From contig OX597827.1 of assembly GCA_951406725.2 (NCBI GenBank), forward strand, positions 70,866,001 to 70,930,000: a DNA stretch of 64,000 nt, written 5' to 3'. The translations under genes and the position numbers were made by a program. Positions within the stretch are counted from its first letter, which is position 1; the number at the start of each line of letters is the position of its first letter. The notes below the pieces were generated by a model. The model had not been told where the DNA came from. It worked only from the letters and a program-made list of their open reading frames with translations, and made no database searches. The DNA comes from Octopus vulgaris. Its lineage: Eukaryota. Shown here piece after piece: positions 58,050-64,000 of the stretch.

Positions 58050-58705
58050 TATCCTTTACTAGTTTCAAGCATTAGACAGCGCCCATACTGGAGCGAATTT
58101 TTAGTCGGTATGAAAATGAACCAACCCCTGTAGTTATTATTTTTTTTCGAGCCTGGTATTTATTCTATCGAGTTCTTTTTGTCAAACCACTAGGTTGCAG
58201 GGGCGTAAACACACCAACACCGTTCGTCAAGTAGTGTAGGGGGACAAACAAACACATAAAGACACGCGCATACACACACACATATACACATATACATACA
58301 CACACATACATACACATACATACATACACACATACATACACATACACATACATACATACACACACACACATACATATACATACATACACACACACATACA
58401 TACACATACATACATACATGCATACATACATACATACATACATACATACATACATACATACATACATACATACATACATACATACATACAAACATACATA
58501 CATACATACATACATACATACATACATACATACATACATACATACATACATACATACATAGGACGAGCTTCTTTCGGTTTCCGTCTGCCAAATCGATTCA
58601 CAAGGCTTTAGTCGACCCAAGGCTATATATATAATAGGAGAGACTTGCTCAAGGTACCGTGTAGTAGGACAGAACCCGAAACCATATGGTTCGGAAGCAA
58701 GCTTC
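58050..58705 (-). mobile_element. old SINE family A copy with expanded internal microsatellite
   Basis: Diverged flanks around about 300 bp of CATA/CA repeats. Confidence 0.75.
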
Positions 58706-59002
58706 ATTATCTATTTAATATAAACATATTTCCTTTTGTATTTGAAGTGTATAAAATGTATTTTGCTTGTGTATATATATTTGAAAATATTAGATTGTTT
58801 CACATGCGTAGAATTGAAAATTTTCTTGCTTTAATTTATTAAGGATGAAAATGTAATTAACAAATACAAACAAAACACGTGCGCGCACACACGCACACAC
58901 AAACACACTTGGAGTGCAGACGAAATACGAAAATATACTTTTCATATTTCGTTTTTGGAATTGGTTTGCAAGATTCTTTATATGAGTTCGTGTGTTGAAG
59001 CA

Positions 59003-59279
59003 TATTCTGTTGTGTCTGGGGAGAGAGTCATTTTCTTTTTGTGCCTTATAATGTAACACACACACACCGGTGAAATTTCCACATATTTCTTATTTTTAAT
59101 ATTTCTTATTTTTAACAAGAGTGCAAATAACGGACAGAGTCAAGACTATTGAAAAGGTTGCAAGACGCAACGAAAATTTTAGGAAAATGAAAATAAGAAA
59201 TAAGTGGAAATTTTACCAGTGAGTGTGTTACATAATAAGGCACAAAAAGAAAATGACTCTCCCCAGACACAACAGAATA
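59003..59279. repeat. foldback, arms of about 90 bp
   Basis: 59003-59096 vs 59190-59279, with a few mismatches and indels. Confidence 0.9.
59146..59182 (+). ncRNA. minimal hammerhead-like motif, U3-A8 variant
   Basis: cta TTGAAAA g gttgc-aagac-gcaac GAAA at TT tag, in the spacer of the 59003-59279 foldback. Confidence 0.55.
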
Positions 59280-59577
59280 CTTTTAATATTTTTATCCCAT
59301 ACAACTGTAAACGAAATATATTTGTATAAACTTCAAATGTGAAACATATATATATAATCAAAATAAGCAACATGGATTGGATATCCTTGTAGCTTATTTT
59401 GATTTTAATCACCTTGTTTTGAAAGTGTATGGATAATACCGTACTAAATTCTGCTGCCTCAACTTAAGTACCATATTCATTTGGAATGTAAATTTTTACT
59501 GAATTCATCTTATATATACATACACACACATACATACAAGTATGTGTGTGTATATGTATATGTATATATGCAAGTAC

Positions 59578-59629
<52 letters not shown>

Positions 59630-59636
59630 ATGTATA

Positions 59637-59670
<34 letters not shown>

Positions 59671-59692
59671 CGTATCCGTGTGTGTGTGTATG

Positions 59693-59749
<57 letters not shown>

Positions 59750-59948
59750 CACATATATATCATATACACGCACATTCACACACACATACACGCACTCACA
59801 TACATGCACACACATATACACATACACACACAATACACACAATACTTAACCCTAAACAGTTTCTGATTATTATTATTTTTTTTTAATTAATTATTTTTAA
59901 TTACTTTTCCAATTCCGAATTTCTGACGTTCAAAACAAATTTTATTCC

Positions 59949-60095
<147 letters not shown>

Positions 60096-60432
60096 TGGCG
60101 AACCAATGCAGGGAGGAGCAACAACAACAACAACAGCAACTACAACTACTACTATTACTACTACTACTACTATTACTACTACTACTATTACTATTACTAC
60201 TACTACTACTATTACTACAACTACTACTATTACTACTGCTACAGTTATTACCGCTGCCTTCTGAAGTCCTTTATTTTTTTATAACAGGGGAATGCGTAGA
60301 GTGTATGTATTTATGCTTCTGTCGGGGAGAACGTAATATGGGTTACTTTTTATGAAAAGTCGCTAAAATCCACCCTGGGTATGTGCGTATGTGTGTGTGT
60401 ACGTGTGTGTGCGTATATGTGCGTCAATGTAT

Positions 60433-60649
60433 ACTCTTTACTCTTTTATTTGTTTCGGTCATGTGACTGTGGCCATGCTGGATCACCGCCTTTGGTCGAG
60501 CAAATCGATCCCGGGACTTATTCTTTGTAAGCCTAGTACTTATTCTATCGGTCTCTTTTGCCGAACCGCTAAGTTACGGGGACGTAAACACACCAGCATC
60601 AGTTGTCAAGCGATGTTAGGGGGACAAACACAGACACACAAACATACAA

Positions 60650-60722
<73 letters not shown>

Positions 60723-60871
60723 TACGATGGGCTTCTTTCAGTTTCCGTCTACCAAATCCACTCACAAGGCTTTGGTCGGCCCGAGGCTATAGTAGAAGAC
60801 ACTTGCCCAAGGTGCCACGCAGTGGGACTGAACCCGGAACCATGTGGTTGGTAAACAAGCTACTTACCACA
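60433..60871 (-). mobile_element. SINE family A
   Basis: Matches family. Confidence 0.9.
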
Positions 60872-60966
60872 ATATATTATTCATTCATTAAGCAATTCAC
60901 TCCCAATGAATCGGTGGTTCTCGACCGGGACCCACATCACCATTAGAGGTTGACGCAAACCAGCGC

Positions 60967-61285
60967 TTAGAGCGTCGAGCTTACGATCGTGAGGTTGTGA
61001 GTTCGATTCCCGGACCGGGCTGCCTGTTGTGTTCTTGAGCAAGACACTTTATTTCACATAGCTTCAGTTCACTCAGCTGTAGAAATGAGTTGGGACGTCA
61101 CATGTGCCAAGCTGTATCGGCCCCTTTGCCTTTCCCTTGGATAACAATGGTGGTGTGGAGAGGGGAGGCCGGTATGCATGGGTGACTGCTGGTCTTCCAT
61201 AAAAACAACCTTGCCCGGACTTGTGCCTCGATGGGTAACTTTGTAGGTTCAATCCCATGTTCATTCATGACCGAAGTGGGGGTCA
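60967..61285 (+). mobile_element. SINE family D (D head, D tail)
   Basis: GAGTTCGATTCCC, TTGAGCAAGACACTTTATTTCAC core. Confidence 0.85.
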
Positions 61286-61399
61286 CGAAGTCCGTTATAC
61301 TTCTACAATGCATCAAGCATTTCAACAATTCTTTTCATATATTTCCTAATAATATTTAATTATAAAAATATAATAGGATTCTTTTCTTTTTTTTTTTTA

Positions 61400-61854
61400 G
61401 AGTAAAGATTATTTGCCAACATAATGTGACAGTCTTGATTAGGACGGTTGTTTCTGTTATTTAGCCCCAAGATGTGAAGGCGCGTGGCTTAGTGGTTAGG
61501 GCATTCGGCTCGCGATCGTAAGGTCGTGAGTTCAATTCCCGGCGACGCGTTTTGTCCTTGAGCAGGACACTATTTCACGCTGCTCCAGTTTCACTCAGCT
61601 GGCAACAATGACTTGTACCTGTAATTCAAAGGGGCCAGCGTTGTCACATTCTGTGTCACGCTGAAGTTCCCAGTGAACTACCTTAAGGATACACGTGTCC
61701 GTGGAGTGCTCAACCACTTGCACGTTAATTTCACGAGCAGGCTGTTCCGTTGATCGGATCAACTGGAACCCTCGTCGTCGCGACCGACGGAGTGTCAGAT
61801 TAGCCTGCGTTCTAACCAGGACTGCCACTTTATGTTGGCGAATAATCTTTACTC
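61400..61854. mobile_element. small inverted-repeat element (about 47-bp ends) hosting a SINE
   Basis: 61400-61446 vs 61808-61854 inverted. Confidence 0.6.
61474..61794 (+). mobile_element. SINE with D head and C tail
   Basis: Tail GTACCTGTAATTCAAAGGG...CGACGGAGTG shared with family C. Confidence 0.88.
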
Positions 61855-62039
61855 CAGAGTACTGTTACTGAATGTCTCCCGTCCAGAGATTTAGAAATAA
61901 TAATTTTCTAATTTTTTTTTTTTTAATTATACATCAAATAGCTGTGGAGGTTCAAGGGAGTAAAACAGAAATCAAAAAAGGTCCACAGACAAAACTTGAT
62001 TGAGAACTACTGCCAAGTAGCACAGGAGAACAGCGACAA

Positions 62040-62470
62040 CTTTTCTCCACTATCCACCACTGCTTTGTACCTGTTTATTCTGCTTTTCTCCAGTCGGATC
62101 CCTGCTTTTTCAGCTCAGCTTCAGAATCCTGCCTCCAACTATTCTGTGAGCCCCCGCCCAGGGCCTGATATGTAACAAAGTCTGTTGGCCCCTTTCGGAT
62201 ATTGCTGCACTGCGTCATATGTTTCCCTGAGGAAAGCCCTTCTTCTCCCAAGTCTTGACGGTTTCGAATTCTCATTGATGCTTCTGTTACTTTTCTGCCT
62301 CTAAACAAACCCATTTTCGCCATAGGAAAGAGGAGGTCCATTATACGTCTGACCTCTCAAGCCTTCGACCTTTTATGGCATGGGAAACCCTTCTTGAGCT
62401 TGCGATCGGTGGCCTGGCTCTCGGGTCATTGAGGCGCACGAGACACTTCGCCGCAGCAAGCGCTGGACCT
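62040..62470 (-). mobile_element. probable internally deleted RTE-like element
   Basis: Minus strand: RTE-like 5' UTR (CAATGACCCGAGAGC...GGGTTTCCCATGCC...AGGTC) joined to C-terminal-like NSWRQDSEAELKKQGSDWRKAE. Confidence 0.45.
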
Positions 62471-62499
62471 TTGGCAGACATAGGCATCTATGGCTTTTA

Positions 62500-62690
62500 A
62501 CTTTTACCTATTTCAGTCATTTCACTGCGGCCATGCTGGGGCACTGCCTTGACCAAGGAGTTTTTTTTAAAGCCTAGTATTTATTCTATCGGTTCCTTCT
62601 GCCAAACCGCTAGGTTACAGGGATGTAAACACACCAACACCGATTGTCAAGCGGCGGTGGGGGAGAAACACAGACATAAAGACACCCACA

Positions 62691-62729
<39 letters not shown>

Positions 62730-62738
62730 CTCGTTGTT

Positions 62739-62797
<59 letters not shown>

Positions 62798-63010
62798 TGT
62801 AAAAAAATACAAACTGGGACAAGAACGCAAAACATTTAGAAGACTATACAAAAAACACGGAAGGGACATTTGAAGTCTTCAATCTTCAGTCAGGAACCGG
62901 ATCATCTTCACAATTTCGGCTGATTAATCTTGAGATTGGTCCATATATATATATATATGTGTGTGTGTGACGGGCTTCTTTCAGTTTCCGTCTACCAAGT
63001 ACACTCATAA
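62500..63010 (-). mobile_element. old SINE family A copy with an insert in its microsatellite
   Basis: Diverged match; foreign segment at about 62800-62942. Confidence 0.7.
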
Positions 63011-63498
63011 GTCTTATGAGTGTACTTATTGTTCGACTAAAGGTCGTGCTTCTGCATGGCCGCAGCCGAAAAAGTAAAACACAAATCGATTAAAGAAGAA
63101 TGTTTTAGACATATGTAAAGGGAAGACCGTCGTGAGGAGGCGAACGGTTACTTCAGGGCTGCGTGCGACCCGAGGGGGAGCCGTGGTTGAGAACCGTTCA
63201 CAGATACACTTACACACAAGCGCATATGAATTAGAAAAAGAAAAAGGCATGTCTATGCCGACGAGGAGCAGAACGAGAGCGAACGAACGAACGAGCGAGA
63301 TCTTATGAAGTTTGGAAAGAGCAGACGTAATGATGGATATTACAAACTGGAATGTGACGAAACGAACCCAAAAAGAATTCACAATCTGTAAATGTATACA
63401 CTCGAGGCCGGAGTCCTGTTTTCACGATAATGCCTCTGCAAAAAAGTAGGTTGTGTTGTTTGTTTTCGTTTATCGTTTGATTCTCTCTACTATCATTC

Positions 63499-63551
<53 letters not shown>

Positions 63552-63579
63552 TATGTATATATTATATGTGTATACATAC

Positions 63580-63624
<45 letters not shown>

Positions 63625-63634
63625 GTATACATAC

Positions 63635-63710
<76 letters not shown>

Positions 63711-63758
63711 AAACAAGTCAAAATAGAAAATGCCAAAATAATTTTATAAAGAACATTT

Positions 63759-63796
63759 CAGTACCGGTTTCGGTCATTTTGAGACATTTTCAACTG
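63759..63796 (-). ncRNA. minimal hammerhead-like motif, U3-A8 variant, GUA site
   Basis: cag TTGAAAA t-gtc-tcaaaat-gac-c GAAA ccgg TA ctg; insert flanked by (TA)n on both sides. Confidence 0.6.
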
Positions 63797-63929
63797 TAAC
63801 GATTAAATAATCAAATTTAGAAAAATTAAAAGAAAAGTTTTTTTAAAGGAATATTTGTATAGTGTTCAAATATAAGTGGCATTCTGCCTTTCTCTGTCTC
63901 CCTTGTTTGCACTTGTGTGTTCGAGGCCG

Positions 63930-63983
<54 letters not shown>

Positions 63984-64000
63984 CTGTATCTCGGAGGTGT

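Overview
AT-rich eukaryotic DNA with a very high density of microsatellites. The SINE families and the (TA)n/(TACA)n/(AAT)n load point to an octopus (coleoid cephalopod) genome; this is an inference. Nearly all ORFs in the supplied track are microsatellite artefacts. Only one credible host CDS is visible: 55877-56545 (+), an intronless 222-aa protein that resembles the C-terminal Ig-like repeats of KY/hillarin/LTD-1 proteins but has no transglutaminase domain. The rest consists of four or more tRNA-derived SINE families (about 35 copies, with shuffled heads and tails), dead Tc1/mariner, hAT, RTE and CR1/L2-group remnants, a 2-kb tandem duplication and a 1.1-kb inverted duplication. The most striking signal is a set of unrelated short inserts, most lodged in (TA)n or (TG)n tracts and many folded back as inverted repeats. 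They carry minimal type I hammerhead-ribozyme motifs with palindromic stem III and non-canonical cores that co-vary at the 3:8 tertiary pair (C3-G8, U3-A8, G3-C8) and repeatedly carry C at position 4. These are probably Penelope-like retroelement terminal repeats. All coordinates and pairings were read by eye; no database search or folding was run.
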